Part shown: piece by piece, positions 27,482 to 38,077 of the stretch
How the letters are laid out: each line of letters starts with the position of its first letter
Position numbering within the stretch: position 1 is the stretch's first letter
DNA from: Flavobacteriales bacterium
Lineage (GTDB): Bacteria; Bacteroidota; Bacteroidia; Flavobacteriales; BACL11
NCBI GenBank assembly: GCA_028122735.1
Contig: JAOHSR010000004.1
Location: 175 to 64,174, forward strand
Direction: 5' to 3'
DNA: 64,000 nucleotides
Program-made: the position numbers and the translations under genes
Notes under the pieces: generated by a model
Database searches by the model: none
The model's input: only the letters and a program-made list of their open reading frames with translations
What the model was told of the DNA's origin: nothing

Positions 27482-28096
27482 ATGCACATTGCAATAGCAG
27501 GAAATATAGGTTCTGGAAAAACTACTTTAACAACTTTATTATCAAAACATTTTAAATGGAAAGCTCATTATGAAGATGTTGAGAACAATCCTTACTTAAA
27601 TGACTTCTACAAAGAAATGCAGCGCTGGGCTTTTAATTTACAAGTATATTTTTTAAATAGCAGATTTAGACAAATTGTTGATATTAAAAACAGTGGCGAA
27701 AAATACATTCAGGACAGAACAATTTATGAGGATGCATATATTTTCGCGCCAAATCTGCATGCAATGGGCTTGATGAGCACAAGAGACTTTGATAACTACA
27801 AAGAAATTTTTAATCTTATGGATAGCTTTATTGAGGGACCAGATCTCTTAATTTATCTTAGAGCATCCGTACCAAAGCTTGTTGAACAAATTCAAAAAAG
27901 AGGAAGGGATTATGAAAATAGTATTCGCCTAGATTACTTGACAAGATTAAATGAGAGATACGAAGCCTGGATTGATGAATATAAAAAAGGCGACCTACTT
28001 ATAATAGAAGTTGACGAAATTAACTTTTCTGAAAACCAAAACGAATTAGAAGATATAATCTTAAAAATTGAAGAAAAACTTAAAAATAGATCTTAA
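27482..28096 (+). CDS. deoxynucleoside kinase (paralogue 2)
   Basis: MHIAIAGNIGSGKTTLTTLL P-loop, plus YFLNSRF, DRTIYEDAYIFA and RGRDYE. Confidence 0.85.
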   Translation: MHIAIAGNIGSGKTTLTTLLSKHFKWKAHYEDVENNPYLNDFYKEMQRWAFNLQVYFLNSRFRQIVDIKNSGEKYIQDRTIYEDAYIFAPNLHAMGLMSTRDFDNYKEIFNLMDSFIEGPDLLIYLRASVPKLVEQIQKRGRDYENSIRLDYLTRLNERYEAWIDEYKKGDLLIIEVDEINFSENQNELEDIILKIEEKLKNRS

Positions 28097-30664
28097 CTAT
28101 TTTTTTCCCTTAAATTTAATTATCATATCATTTACAACAAGTTGTCCTGCTACACCACTTTCATCAACATTTTCGTAATAAGCTGTTGCTACCATATCAT
28201 TTCCAGATACATTTATGGTTCCTTCAATTTGATAAGAATAAGCATCAATTCTAGAAACTGCAATTGAGAATGCTTCTTCATTGAATGTTAGGGGCTCATT
28301 GCAATTAGAAATGAATTGGTCGCATTTTGCACCACCTGATTGACAAAACATATCATTACTTAAGATTAAGTTTCTAAGTAATGTTACGTTATTGCTTTTA
28401 TCGATTGAAAAATCAGTTGCACTTGTATAAATAACTACATCCTCACTTTCTACCGTTTCATAAATTGAATTTGCTTCTTGAGTATTTATTTCAATACTTT
28501 CATTTGCTTGACTCGCTTCAGAAACTGTATTTGTTAATGAAGGAGCTATAACTAAGGCAACTACAGACATCAACTTTAACAAAATATTTAATGAAGGTCC
28601 TGATGTGTCTTTGAATGGATCACCAACAGTATCACCAACTACAGCAGCTTTATGAGCTTCACTTCCTTTTCTTCCTTGTTCTTCAATCATTTTTTTAGCA
28701 TTATCCCAAGCACCACCAGCATTTGATTGGAATATAGCCATTAAAACTCCACAAGTTGTTACCCCAGCTAACAATCCTCCTAACATTTCTGCACCACCTA
28801 TATACCCAACTAGTACAGGAACTAATATTGCTAAAAGACCTGGCGCTACCATTTCTTTGATGGAAGCTTTTGTTGATATGTCAACACACTTATCATATTC
28901 TGCAACTCCATTTGCTGCATCAAATATTTTTCTATCAGCAGGTGAAGCCTTAGACATATCTGAATCATATTTTCTCATTACTTCAAGTGCAGCTTTTAAA
29001 GCCGGAATATCTCTAAATTGTCTTCTTACCTCTTCAATCATTGCCATTGCAGCTCTTCCTACAGCATTCATTGAAAGTGCTGAAAAAACAAACGGCAGCA
29101 TACCACCTACTAATAAACCTGCCATTATAACTGGCTGAGAAACATCAATGGATTCAACACCAGCAGTTTTCATGTATGCAGCAAATAATGCTAAAGCAGT
29201 TAAAGCAGCAGAAGCAATTGCAAATCCTTTACCAATTGCAGCAGTAGTATTTCCAACGGCATCTAATTTATCTGTTCTTTCTCTAACTTCAGATGGTAAT
29301 TCAGCCATTTCAGCAATTCCACCAGCGTTATCAGAAATTGGTCCATAAGCATCAACTGCTAATTGGATTCCTGTATTTGCTAGCATTCCAACAGCAGCAA
29401 TTGCAATACCATATAATCCTGCAAAATGATTTGAAACTATAATTGCTGTTGCAATTAAAATAATTGGCAATGCAGTAGACATCATTCCAACTCCTAAACC
29501 AGCAATAATTGTTGTTGCAGATCCTGTTTCAGATTGCTCAACAATTGAATTAACAGGTTTTGTTCCTGTTCCTGTGTAGTATTCTGTTACTTTTCCAACT
29601 AAAAGACCAGCAACTAAACCAGCAATAGTTGCCCAAAAAACTCCCATTGACGTGTATTGCATTCCATCACTTACCCAAGATTCAGGTAGCATTGATGTAA
29701 TTATAAAGTATGATGCAAATAACATTAATCCTGCAGAACCAAACTCACCTAAATTTAAAGCAGCATGCGGAGATCCTCCGTCTTTTACTTTCACTAAAAA
29801 TGTTCCAATAATTGACATAACAATTCCAACTGCAGCTAATACCAATGGAAGATATACAGCTCCTAAACCTCCAAAATTACCACTAAATTCAGGCAGTGTT
29901 GCATATACTGCCCCAAGCACCATTGTTCCAATAATAGATCCAACATAAGATTCAAACAAGTCGGCCCCCATTCCAGCTACATCACCTACATTATCACCTA
30001 CATTATCAGCGATAGTTGCAGGATTAAGTGGATGATCTTCAGGAATACCTGCTTCAACCTTACCAACTAAATCAGCACCAACATCTGCAGCTTTTGTGTA
30101 AATACCTCCTCCTACTCTTGCAAAAAGAGCAATTGAGGAAGCTCCAAGAGAAAATCCAGAAAGTACATTCAATACCATATCTAAATTATCATCCCAAATC
30201 CCCTGATAAATAAATAACAAAGAACTTAATCCAAGGACACCTAAACCAACAACTCCAAGACCCATTACCGCACCACCAGAAAAAGCAACTTCTAAGGCTT
30301 TTCCAAGTGAAGTTCTAGCCGCTTGAGTAGTTCTTACATTTGCTTTGGTAGCGACCTTCATTCCAATAAACCCAGCCAATGCTGAACATATAGCTCCAAC
30401 AATAAATGATACAGCGACTAATCCATGAGATGCCTCTTCGTTAGATCCTTTAAAGAATAATAAAATAGCAACTGCAACTACAAATATAGAAAGTACTTTA
30501 TATTCTGCTTTTAAAAATGACATTGCCCCATCAGCAATATTCTTAGCAATTTTAGACATTTTCTCATCTCCTTCATCTTGTTTAGAAACCCATGCATTTT
30601 TCCAAAATACAAATGCCAAAGCTAATACTCCAAATAGTGGTAAATACGATACGATTAAATCCAT
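28097..30664 (-). CDS. hppA: membrane-integral pyrophosphatase (K+-dependent-type motif) with a 145-aa C-terminal extension
   Basis: Trimmed to [13 protein letters not shown] (cat at 30662-30664). Has M-PPase motifs [33 protein letters not shown] and [22 protein letters not shown]. The sequence continues 145 aa past the last TM. Confidence 0.95.
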   Translation of the reverse strand: MDLIVSYLPLFGVLALAFVFWKNAWVSKQDEGDEKMSKIAKNIADGAMSFLKAEYKVLSIFVVAVAILLFFKGSNEEASHGLVAVSFIVGAICSALAGFIGMKVATKANVRTTQAARTSLGKALEVAFSGGAVMGLGVVGLGVLGLSSLLFIYQGIWDDNLDMVLNVLSGFSLGASSIALFARVGGGIYTKAADVGADLVGKVEAGIPEDHPLNPATIADNVGDNVGDVAGMGADLFESYVGSIIGTMVLGAVYATLPEFSGNFGGLGAVYLPLVLAAVGIVMSIIGTFLVKVKDGGSPHAALNLGEFGSAGLMLFASYFIITSMLPESWVSDGMQYTSMGVFWATIAGLVAGLLVGKVTEYYTGTGTKPVNSIVEQSETGSATTIIAGLGVGMMSTALPIILIATAIIVSNHFAGLYGIAIAAVGMLANTGIQLAVDAYGPISDNAGGIAEMAELPSEVRERTDKLDAVGNTTAAIGKGFAIASAALTALALFAAYMKTAGVESIDVSQPVIMAGLLVGGMLPFVFSALSMNAVGRAAMAMIEEVRRQFRDIPALKAALEVMRKYDSDMSKASPADRKIFDAANGVAEYDKCVDISTKASIKEMVAPGLLAILVPVLVGYIGGAEMLGGLLAGVTTCGVLMAIFQSNAGGAWDNAKKMIEEQGRKGSEAHKAAVVGDTVGDPFKDTSGPSLNILLKLMSVVALVIAPSLTNTVSEASQANESIEINTQEANSIYETVESEDVVIYTSATDFSIDKSNNVTLLRNLILSNDMFCQSGGAKCDQFISNCNEPLTFNEEAFSIAVSRIDAYSYQIEGTINVSGNDMVATAYYENVDESGVAGQLVVNDMIIKFKGKK

Positions 30665-30856
30665 TGTGTTTTTGTTTTTTTGTTGTTTTAAATTTTTCGA
30701 CTGCAAAAATAGTGTTTTTGTTGAAAAAGACATCTTTATCAACAAAATAATACAATTAGACTTTAAGGGATATTTATTGATATTTTATTTCTAAAACCAG
30801 TTTTATTTACTTGGTTTTATATAATTTTGTTTAGTAAGAAAAAAGAAAATTAACAC

Positions 30857-31603
30857 ATGAATATTTTAGTCTGTATAAGTAGTGTTCCGGACACAACTTC
30901 AAAAATAAATTTCACAGAAAATAATACAAAATTTGATAAAAATGGTATTCAATTTGTCATCAATCCTTATGATGAATTTGGCCTTACAAAAGCAATTATG
31001 CTTAAAGAAAAACTTCAAGCTAATGTTAGTGTAATTACTGTAGGTGATGCCTCTGTAGAGCCAGTTATGAGAAAAGCTCTTGCAATTGGAGCAGATAAAG
31101 CAGTAAGAATTAATATGCAACCAATGGATAGTTTCTCAACAGCAAATGAAATTGCTAGTTATGTTAAACAAAATAAATATGATATTATTATTGCCGGTAA
31201 AGAATCTAGTGATTATAACAGCGGAGCTGTGCCTGGTATTATTTCAGAAATATTAGACATTCCATTTGTTAATGCCTGTAACGGATTAAATATTGAAGGA
31301 GAAGAAATTAATTTATCAAGAGAAATTGATGGGGGAATTGAAAAAATTCAAACAAAAATACCATTAATTATTGGTGGTCAAAAAGGACTAGTTGAGGAAA
31401 GTGAATTAAAAATTCCTAATATGAGGGGAATTATGACCGCAAGAACAAAGCCACTTGAAGTTATTGAAGCAACTACAACTAATCATTTAACTGAATCTAT
31501 TGAATTTGAAAAACCTAGTGTAAAAGGAGAATGCAAAATGATAGATGAGAATAATATTAGCGAGCTAGTTAATGAACTTCAAAACGTAACAAAAGTTATT
31601 TAA
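30857..31603 (+). CDS. etfB: electron transfer flavoprotein, beta subunit
   Basis: MNILVCISSVPDTTSKI...INPYDEFGLTKA...VITVG is the typical EtfB N-terminus. Immediately upstream of etfA. Confidence 0.93.
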   Translation: MNILVCISSVPDTTSKINFTENNTKFDKNGIQFVINPYDEFGLTKAIMLKEKLQANVSVITVGDASVEPVMRKALAIGADKAVRINMQPMDSFSTANEIASYVKQNKYDIIIAGKESSDYNSGAVPGIISEILDIPFVNACNGLNIEGEEINLSREIDGGIEKIQTKIPLIIGGQKGLVEESELKIPNMRGIMTARTKPLEVIEATTTNHLTESIEFEKPSVKGECKMIDENNISELVNELQNVTKVI

Positions 31604-31618
31604 TTAAATTTAATAAAT

Positions 31619-32569
31619 ATGTCAATTACTGTATATACAGAAAACTGGGAGGGAAAATTTAGAAAAAGCACATTTGAAGCTGTATGTTATGCAAAAAAAA
31701 TTGCTGATATATCTAATAAAGAAGTTAAAGCAATTTCTATTGGTGAAATTGATGAAAATGAGTTGAAAAAACTATCAAATTTTGGAGCTAACACTATAGT
31801 GTCTTACCCAAAAATCAAAAAGAATAACGAAAAAGGGGTTGCCACTATTATAAAAAATGAATCAGAAAATAGTAATCTCATAATCTTTTCAAATACATTT
31901 AATGCTAAAAGTATCGCCCCTAGAGTTTCTGTAAAATTAAATGCAGGATTAATTACAAATGTTATTTCTGAGATTAATGATCTTGAAAACATTTCTGTTA
32001 AAAGACAGTCTTTTTCATCTAAAGCAATTGAATCAATCCGCTTAAAATCTAATTGCGGAGTTATAACAATTTCCCCTAATGCATTTAATGTTACTGAGAA
32101 TGTTGTATCTTTTAATATAGAAGTGAAAGCAAATGAATTAGATTCTAATATTTCAATTACTGGTAAAGATGTAAACAAAGGCAAAATATCATTGTCTGAA
32201 GCTGAAGTTGTTGTGTCTGCTGGTAGAGGACTAAAAGGTCCTGAAAACTGGAACATGATTGAAGAGCTTGCAGATTGTCTTGGAGCAGCTACAGCATGCT
32301 CTAAACCAGTCTCTGATATTGGCTGGAGACCCCACTCAGAACATGTAGGGCAAACAGGCAAGGCGATTGCTCCAAATCTATACATTGCAATAGGAATTTC
32401 TGGTGCAATTCAACATCTTGCTGGAGTTAATTCATCAAAAATAATGGTAGCTATCAATACCGACCCTGAAGCACCATTTTTCAAAGCAGCAGATTATGGT
32501 ATTGTTGGTGATGCTTTTAATGTGGTTCCAAAACTAATAGATGAGTTAAAAAAAATTAATAACAATTAA
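31619..32569 (+). CDS. etfA: electron transfer flavoprotein, alpha subunit
   Basis: C-terminal FAD-binding signature VVSAGRG...GQTGKAIAPNLYIAIGISGAIQHLAG...INTDPEAPFF. Confidence 0.93.
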   Translation: MSITVYTENWEGKFRKSTFEAVCYAKKIADISNKEVKAISIGEIDENELKKLSNFGANTIVSYPKIKKNNEKGVATIIKNESENSNLIIFSNTFNAKSIAPRVSVKLNAGLITNVISEINDLENISVKRQSFSSKAIESIRLKSNCGVITISPNAFNVTENVVSFNIEVKANELDSNISITGKDVNKGKISLSEAEVVVSAGRGLKGPENWNMIEELADCLGAATACSKPVSDIGWRPHSEHVGQTGKAIAPNLYIAIGISGAIQHLAGVNSSKIMVAINTDPEAPFFKAADYGIVGDAFNVVPKLIDELKKINNN

Positions 32570-32571
32570 TT

Positions 32572-33153
32572 TTGAATTTAATTCAATTAAATATTTCTGC
32601 AATTAGACAAAGTGATGCTCAAAACAATGCATATGTACTTTTACTTAATGAAACAGTCGGAAAGAGACAACTTCCAATAGTTATTGGTTGGTGCGAGGCA
32701 AGAGCAATTGCTGTAGCTCTTGATAGTCAAGAAAAACCAGAGAGACCATTAACCCACGATTTATTTAAATCATTTGGGGATAGCTTCAGTATTTCTATCA
32801 GTAAAGTTGTGATACACAAATTAATTGAAGGGGTTTTTCATTCTACATTTTATTGCAAAAACACCCTATCAAAAGAGGATATTGAAATTGATGCAAGAAC
32901 ATCTGACGCAATTGCAATTGCAATTAGATTTTCAAGTCCAATTTTTACATACGAAGATATTTTATCAAGAGCATCAATATTGAATGTTGGATCATCAGAT
33001 AAGCAAAGCTCAAAAAAGAAAATTGCAAAAGAAAAAAAGATAAGTATGCATAGTCTAAAAGAACTACAAGAAGCTTTAAAAGAATCAATAAAGATTGAGG
33101 ATTATGAAAAAGCTTCAGTACTTAGAGATGAAATTAAAAGAAGAACTTCATGA
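32572..33153 (+). CDS. bifunctional nuclease (DUF151/BFN) with a C-terminal UVR motif
   Basis: TTG start. LPIVIGWCEARAIAVAL...RPLTHDL is the BFN core, and the C-terminal EDYEKASVLRDEIKRR is UVR-like. Confidence 0.75.
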   Translation: MNLIQLNISAIRQSDAQNNAYVLLLNETVGKRQLPIVIGWCEARAIAVALDSQEKPERPLTHDLFKSFGDSFSISISKVVIHKLIEGVFHSTFYCKNTLSKEDIEIDARTSDAIAIAIRFSSPIFTYEDILSRASILNVGSSDKQSSKKKIAKEKKISMHSLKELQEALKESIKIEDYEKASVLRDEIKRRTS

Positions 33154-34838
33154 AAAAATATCTAATTATTTTTTTAAATCTTTTTCTTATAACTTCCCTT
33201 TTTGCTGAGGAAGACGTAACAGATTGGACGAATTACTCTTCAAAGTGGTTCTTCTCTGAAATAAAATCTGACAAATCTAGTAATAAAGAATTCAATAATA
33301 AAGATTATTTATTGATCAATGATAATAACACATTTGAGTATATTATTTCTAAAAAAAATCTATTTGCAAAAGGAACCTACTCATGGGATTTGGCTGAAAA
33401 TTCATTGATTTTTAATTATTCCCTTCCATCTGACACAATAAGGGAATACATAATTGATTACAATGAAGATAAATTAATATTATCTGAAAATAATGTAAAT
33501 TTTATTTTTTCAAAAAATCCAATTATTACAAAAAGCAAATCAACTTTAACATACAAACTATTTCGTGGACTAGTTGGTCTAATCTCATTGATTTTAATTG
33601 CATTTATGTTTAGTAGAAATAAAAAAAATATAAACTGGAAGCTAGTAGTCAAAGGATTATTAATTCAATTATTACTTGCAATTTTAATTCTAAAAGTTCC
33701 ATTTATTCAAAATATATTTGAATGGATTAGTTCAATTTTTGTAACTGTTTTACAATTCTCTAAAGAAGGAGCTTTATTTTTATTTGGAGAGACATTAGTT
33801 AATAGTAATGAGTTTGGAGCAATTTTTGCATTTCAAATTTTACCAACAATATTATTTTTCTCAGCATTAACAAGTCTCTTATTTTATTTAGGAATACTCC
33901 AAAAAATAGTATATGTTTTTGCTTATGCTATGAAAAAAACTTTAAACCTTTCTGGCGCAGAAAGTCTCTCTGCTGCTGGAAATATTTTTCTTGGCCAAAC
34001 AGAATCTCCACTTCTTGTTAAGCCGTACATTGAGAAGATGACTATGTCTGAATTACTCTGCTTAATGTCTGGTGGAATGGCTACAATTGCTGGTGGAGTT
34101 CTTGCAGCATATATTGGTTTCCTTGGCGGAAGTGATCCAGAACAACAACTTTTCTTTGCTAAACATCTTTTAACAGCATCAGTAATGTCAGCACCAGCTG
34201 CGGTTGTCCTGTCAAAAATTTTACTTCCTGAAACAGAAGAGATAAATGAAGACATGAAAATTTCAAATGAAAAACTTGGCTGTAATTCTTTTGAAGCAAT
34301 TAGCATTGGAACAGCTCAGGGGATTAGGCTTGCTATAAATGTAGGCGCTATGATATTAGTCTTTATTGCATTTATTAGTATGGTAAATTATTTTTTAAAT
34401 AATTTTATTGGAGATTTTACTATTTTAAACTCTACTATTGCATCATTCACAGATGGAAAATACGATGGGCTAACCCTGCAGTTCTTATTAGGATACTTAC
34501 TTGCCCCTCTTACTTGGCTAATGGGAGTATGTAAAGAAGATATGATTTTAGTAGGTCAATTATTGGGAGAAAAAACAATTTTAAATGAATTTGTTGCATA
34601 TATATCTCTGTCTGAGCTAAAAGAAAGCGGACAGTTTTTTCAAGAGAAATCAATAATTATCTCAACTTACATCTTGTGTGGATTTGCTAACTTCTTGTCA
34701 ATTGGTATTCAGATTGGCGGTATTGGATCTTTAGCTCCAAGTAGAACTGGAGATTTATCCAAGCTTGGTGTTTTAGCTTTAATTGCTGGAACACTAGCAT
34801 CATTATTAACAGCTGTAATTGTAGGAGCAATTTTATAA
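33150..34838 (+). CDS. concentrative nucleoside transporter (NupC/CNT family) with an ~137-aa N-terminal signal-peptide domain
   Basis: The CNT core starts near [37 protein letters not shown] and includes [25 protein letters not shown]. It is preceded by [21 protein letters not shown] and a soluble-looking domain. Confidence 0.85.
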   Translation: MKKYLIIFLNLFLITSLFAEEDVTDWTNYSSKWFFSEIKSDKSSNKEFNNKDYLLINDNNTFEYIISKKNLFAKGTYSWDLAENSLIFNYSLPSDTIREYIIDYNEDKLILSENNVNFIFSKNPIITKSKSTLTYKLFRGLVGLISLILIAFMFSRNKKNINWKLVVKGLLIQLLLAILILKVPFIQNIFEWISSIFVTVLQFSKEGALFLFGETLVNSNEFGAIFAFQILPTILFFSALTSLLFYLGILQKIVYVFAYAMKKTLNLSGAESLSAAGNIFLGQTESPLLVKPYIEKMTMSELLCLMSGGMATIAGGVLAAYIGFLGGSDPEQQLFFAKHLLTASVMSAPAAVVLSKILLPETEEINEDMKISNEKLGCNSFEAISIGTAQGIRLAINVGAMILVFIAFISMVNYFLNNFIGDFTILNSTIASFTDGKYDGLTLQFLLGYLLAPLTWLMGVCKEDMILVGQLLGEKTILNEFVAYISLSELKESGQFFQEKSIIISTYILCGFANFLSIGIQIGGIGSLAPSRTGDLSKLGVLALIAGTLASLLTAVIVGAIL

Positions 34839-34842
34839 AAAT

Positions 34843-35637
34843 ATGAAACAATATCTTGATTTAATGTCGCATGTAATGACTAGTGGAACTTCAAAAACTG
34901 ATAGAACAGGCACTGGCACGAAAAGTGTTTTTGGATACCAAATGAGGTTTGATCTTGCTAAAGGATTTCCATGTGTTACTACAAAAAAGCTTCACTTAAA
35001 ATCAATTGTTCATGAACTACTATGGTTTTTAAATGGAGATACAAATATTAAATATTTGAATGATAATGGGGTTAAAATTTGGGACGAATGGGCGGATAAA
35101 AACGGTAATCTTGGACATGTATACGGCTATCAATGGAGAAGTTGGCCGTCCCCTGACGGGAAGCATATTGATCAAATCAAAAAAGTAGTTCAACAGTTAA
35201 AACAAAATCCAAATAGCAGAAGAATAATTGTGAGTGCATGGAATGTTGGTGAAATTGAAAACATGGCTTTACCACCCTGTCATACTTTTTTTCAATTCTA
35301 TGTTGCAAATAATAAATTATCTTGTCAGCTTTATCAAAGGAGTGCTGATATATTTTTAGGAGTACCCTTCAATATAGCTTCTTATGCTCTACTTACAATG
35401 ATGATGGCTCAAGTATGTAATTTAGAATTAGGTGACTTTGTTCACACTTTAGGAGATGCTCATATTTACTCAAATCATTTTAAACAAACAAATCTCCAAT
35501 TATCAAGAGCACCCAAAAATCTTCCAAAAATGATAATCAACAAAGAAATCAAAAATATATTTAACTTTACTTATGATGATTTTAAGTTAGTAGATTATGA
35601 TTTTCACCCTCATATAAAAGGAAAAGTAGCTGTATAA
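34843..35637 (+). CDS. thyA: thymidylate synthase (ThyA type)
   Basis: MKQYLDLM...DRTGTGT.SVFG, active site [12 protein letters not shown], and [20 protein letters not shown]. Confidence 0.97.
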   Translation: MKQYLDLMSHVMTSGTSKTDRTGTGTKSVFGYQMRFDLAKGFPCVTTKKLHLKSIVHELLWFLNGDTNIKYLNDNGVKIWDEWADKNGNLGHVYGYQWRSWPSPDGKHIDQIKKVVQQLKQNPNSRRIIVSAWNVGEIENMALPPCHTFFQFYVANNKLSCQLYQRSADIFLGVPFNIASYALLTMMMAQVCNLELGDFVHTLGDAHIYSNHFKQTNLQLSRAPKNLPKMIINKEIKNIFNFTYDDFKLVDYDFHPHIKGKVAV

Positions 35638-35647
35638 ATAAAGTAAA

Positions 35648-36757
35648 ATGAAAAAAATAATAATTCTTGGAGCTGGATTAGTAGGCGGTGTAATGGCAGA
35701 AGATTTGTCAAAAAATCATGACGTGACATCGGTTGATATTTCTCAAAAAAATCTTGACAATCTAAAATCTAATAATATTAAAAAAATATGTTTGGACATT
35801 TCTAAATCTGAATCCTTAAAAAATGTTATTAAAGATTTTGATTTAGTTGTTGGGGCTGTTCCTGGTTTTATGGGATATAAAATGATGCAAGATGTAATTG
35901 AAGCAAAAAAAAATATAGTAGATATTTCTTTTTATCCTGAAGATCCATTTGGATTAGATGATTTAGCTAAAAAAAATAATGTGATTGCAGTCATGGATTG
36001 TGGTGTAGCTCCTGGAATGGGTAATGTTATTTTTGGACATCATAATCAATCAATGATAATATCTGACTATGAGTGTCTTGTTGGAGGTCTACCAGTTAAA
36101 AGAGAATGGCCTTATGAATATCAAGCAGTATTTTCGCCAATAGATGTTATAGAGGAATACATTAGGCCTGCTAGATTCATTCAAAATAAAAAACTTATTA
36201 TCAAAGAAGCTCTTTCTGAAACAGAATTAATTGAATTTGAAGAAATTGGCACACTTGAAAGTTGGAATTCTGATGGTCTTAGAAGTTTAATTAAAACTAT
36301 GCCCCATGTACCAAATATGATTGAAAAAACTTTGCGATACCCTGGATGTGTTGAGTATTTAAAAGTATTAAGAGCTAGCGGTTTTTTCTCTTACGAAGAA
36401 ATTGAAGTGAAGGGAGTGAAAATCAAACCAATTGATGTAACATCAAAACTACTTTTCCCTAAATGGGAAATGAAAGAAGGAGATAAAGACTTTACTATAA
36501 TGAGAATTATAATTAAAGGAGAAGAAAATGGTAATCAGGTTAAGTACCAATATAACTTATTAGATAGGTATCAAGACAATACTATATCTATGGCAAGAAC
36601 AACTGGATTTACATGCACGGCAGTTGCAAACTTAGTACTTGATAAAAAATATAAAAAAACTGGAATATCTCCACCTGAATATTTGGGTGAACATTTTGAA
36701 TTCATAAGAAATTATTTAAGTGAAAGAAATGTTATTTATAATGTGAAAAAAGAATAA
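35648..36757 (+). CDS. saccharopine dehydrogenase-family NAD(P)-binding protein
   Basis: Rossmann N-terminus MKKIIILGAGLVGG, with the length and C-terminal domain pattern of the Sacchrp_dh family. Substrate unknown. Confidence 0.7.
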   Translation: MKKIIILGAGLVGGVMAEDLSKNHDVTSVDISQKNLDNLKSNNIKKICLDISKSESLKNVIKDFDLVVGAVPGFMGYKMMQDVIEAKKNIVDISFYPEDPFGLDDLAKKNNVIAVMDCGVAPGMGNVIFGHHNQSMIISDYECLVGGLPVKREWPYEYQAVFSPIDVIEEYIRPARFIQNKKLIIKEALSETELIEFEEIGTLESWNSDGLRSLIKTMPHVPNMIEKTLRYPGCVEYLKVLRASGFFSYEEIEVKGVKIKPIDVTSKLLFPKWEMKEGDKDFTIMRIIIKGEENGNQVKYQYNLLDRYQDNTISMARTTGFTCTAVANLVLDKKYKKTGISPPEYLGEHFEFIRNYLSERNVIYNVKKE

Positions 36758-37269
36758 TGATAGTATCGATAATAGTAGCTGCATCATCAAATAATGTAAT
36801 TGGAAAAGACAACGATTTAATATGGCATCTTCCAGTTGATATGAATTTTTTTAAAACTAAAACAAATAGCCACCATGTTATAATGGGTAGAAAAAATTTT
36901 GAATCTATTCCGCATAAATACAGACCCTTGCCAAATAGAACAAATATTATTATTACAAGAAAAGAAGATTATATTGCAGAGAATTGTCTTGTAAAAAATA
37001 ATTTAATTGATGCTATTAATCATGCAAAGAAAAATAAAGAAAATGAAGCCTTTATAATAGGTGGAGGGGAAATTTATAAGTTAGCTCTTGAGCAAAATTT
37101 AGTTGACAGAATCTATTTAACTAGAGTACATCATGATTTTGAGGGCCATACATTCTTTCCAAGCATTTCTAATAAATGGAAAGAAATTGATAGAGAAGAA
37201 TATGAACAAGATGAAAAACATAAATATAATTTTACATTTTTAACATATGAAAAGGAAATTAAAAAATAA
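36757..37269 (+). CDS. folA: dihydrofolate reductase
   Basis: IVAASSNNVIGKDNDLIWHLPVDMNFFKTKT...MGRKNFESIP...IIGGGEIY. Start shares 1 nt with the preceding stop (TAATG). Confidence 0.9.
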   Translation: MIVSIIVAASSNNVIGKDNDLIWHLPVDMNFFKTKTNSHHVIMGRKNFESIPHKYRPLPNRTNIIITRKEDYIAENCLVKNNLIDAINHAKKNKENEAFIIGGGEIYKLALEQNLVDRIYLTRVHHDFEGHTFFPSISNKWKEIDREEYEQDEKHKYNFTFLTYEKEIKK

Positions 37270-38077
37270 CAACATATTTATTGTAATCGCGCTAATTATT
37301 TCATTCATGTCTTGTAAAGATGAAAATGTAATACAATCAGTAAATCAACAAAATTTACAATCAAGTCATGACTATCTACTTTTTGAAAAAACTTTACTTG
37401 ATATTGAAAGAGAAATTGAACACGCCTTAATAGCTACTGGAACAACAAAAAATCTTCCAATGTATATTTCCTTAAATACTGATTCAACAGATCAAGACAC
37501 CTTAATTATTAATTTTGGAGAAGAAAATTATTTACATCTTGGTCATCTTAAAAGAGGAGAAATTATTTCAATTTACAATAAGTTTATATATAATTCTAAC
37601 GCTCAAATTGCCACAACTTTTAATAACTTTTATATAAATAACAATTTAATACAAGGGAAAATGTTTCTAGAAAACAATGGATCTAATCAAAATGGATTTC
37701 AAGAATTTGCCTTAACTGTGGATAGCATGAGCATGTATACTAACAATGGAAGCATAGATATATCAAGCGGTAATTACATCAAAGAACTAGTAAGTGGAAA
37801 TAATACACAATATCAATATTTAGATAACATCTATAAATTAACTGGTAACGCCCAGGGTAATTCCTCAAATAACAACAACTTTAGTATAGAGATATCCGAC
37901 TCACTAAATATAAACCTTTCCTGTTTTGAAAGCAGTAGCTGTGTTATTACTGGAGGAACTTCTAAGCTAACACCTGATGGGTATGAAGAAAGAATAATAA
38001 ATTATGGAGATAATACGTGTGATTGTGATGTAAATGCCATTATTGGAGAGGACGTTCATCCAATAATAATTAATTAA
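37247..38077 (+). CDS. hypothetical lipoprotein
   Basis: MKRKLKNNNIFIVIALIISFMSCKDE has a lipobox. N/S-rich mature part with no recognisable domain. Confidence 0.5.
   Translation: MKRKLKNNNIFIVIALIISFMSCKDENVIQSVNQQNLQSSHDYLLFEKTLLDIEREIEHALIATGTTKNLPMYISLNTDSTDQDTLIINFGEENYLHLGHLKRGEIISIYNKFIYNSNAQIATTFNNFYINNNLIQGKMFLENNGSNQNGFQEFALTVDSMSMYTNNGSIDISSGNYIKELVSGNNTQYQYLDNIYKLTGNAQGNSSNNNNFSIEISDSLNINLSCFESSSCVITGGTSKLTPDGYEERIINYGDNTCDCDVNAIIGEDVHPIIIN

Noticed and set aside
28857-30213. Four plus-strand ORFs (28857-29138, 29148-29348, 29652-29948, 30028-30213) inside hppA.
   Set aside because: These are shadow ORFs on the antisense strand of a well-supported, locally GC-richer gene. Their translations are low-complexity (A/S/P/T-rich) with no start context.
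31804-32385. 193-aa minus-strand ORF inside etfA.
   Set aside because: It is antisense to a strongly supported etfA reading frame, which carries the FAD-binding signature. Its composition is typical of a shadow frame.
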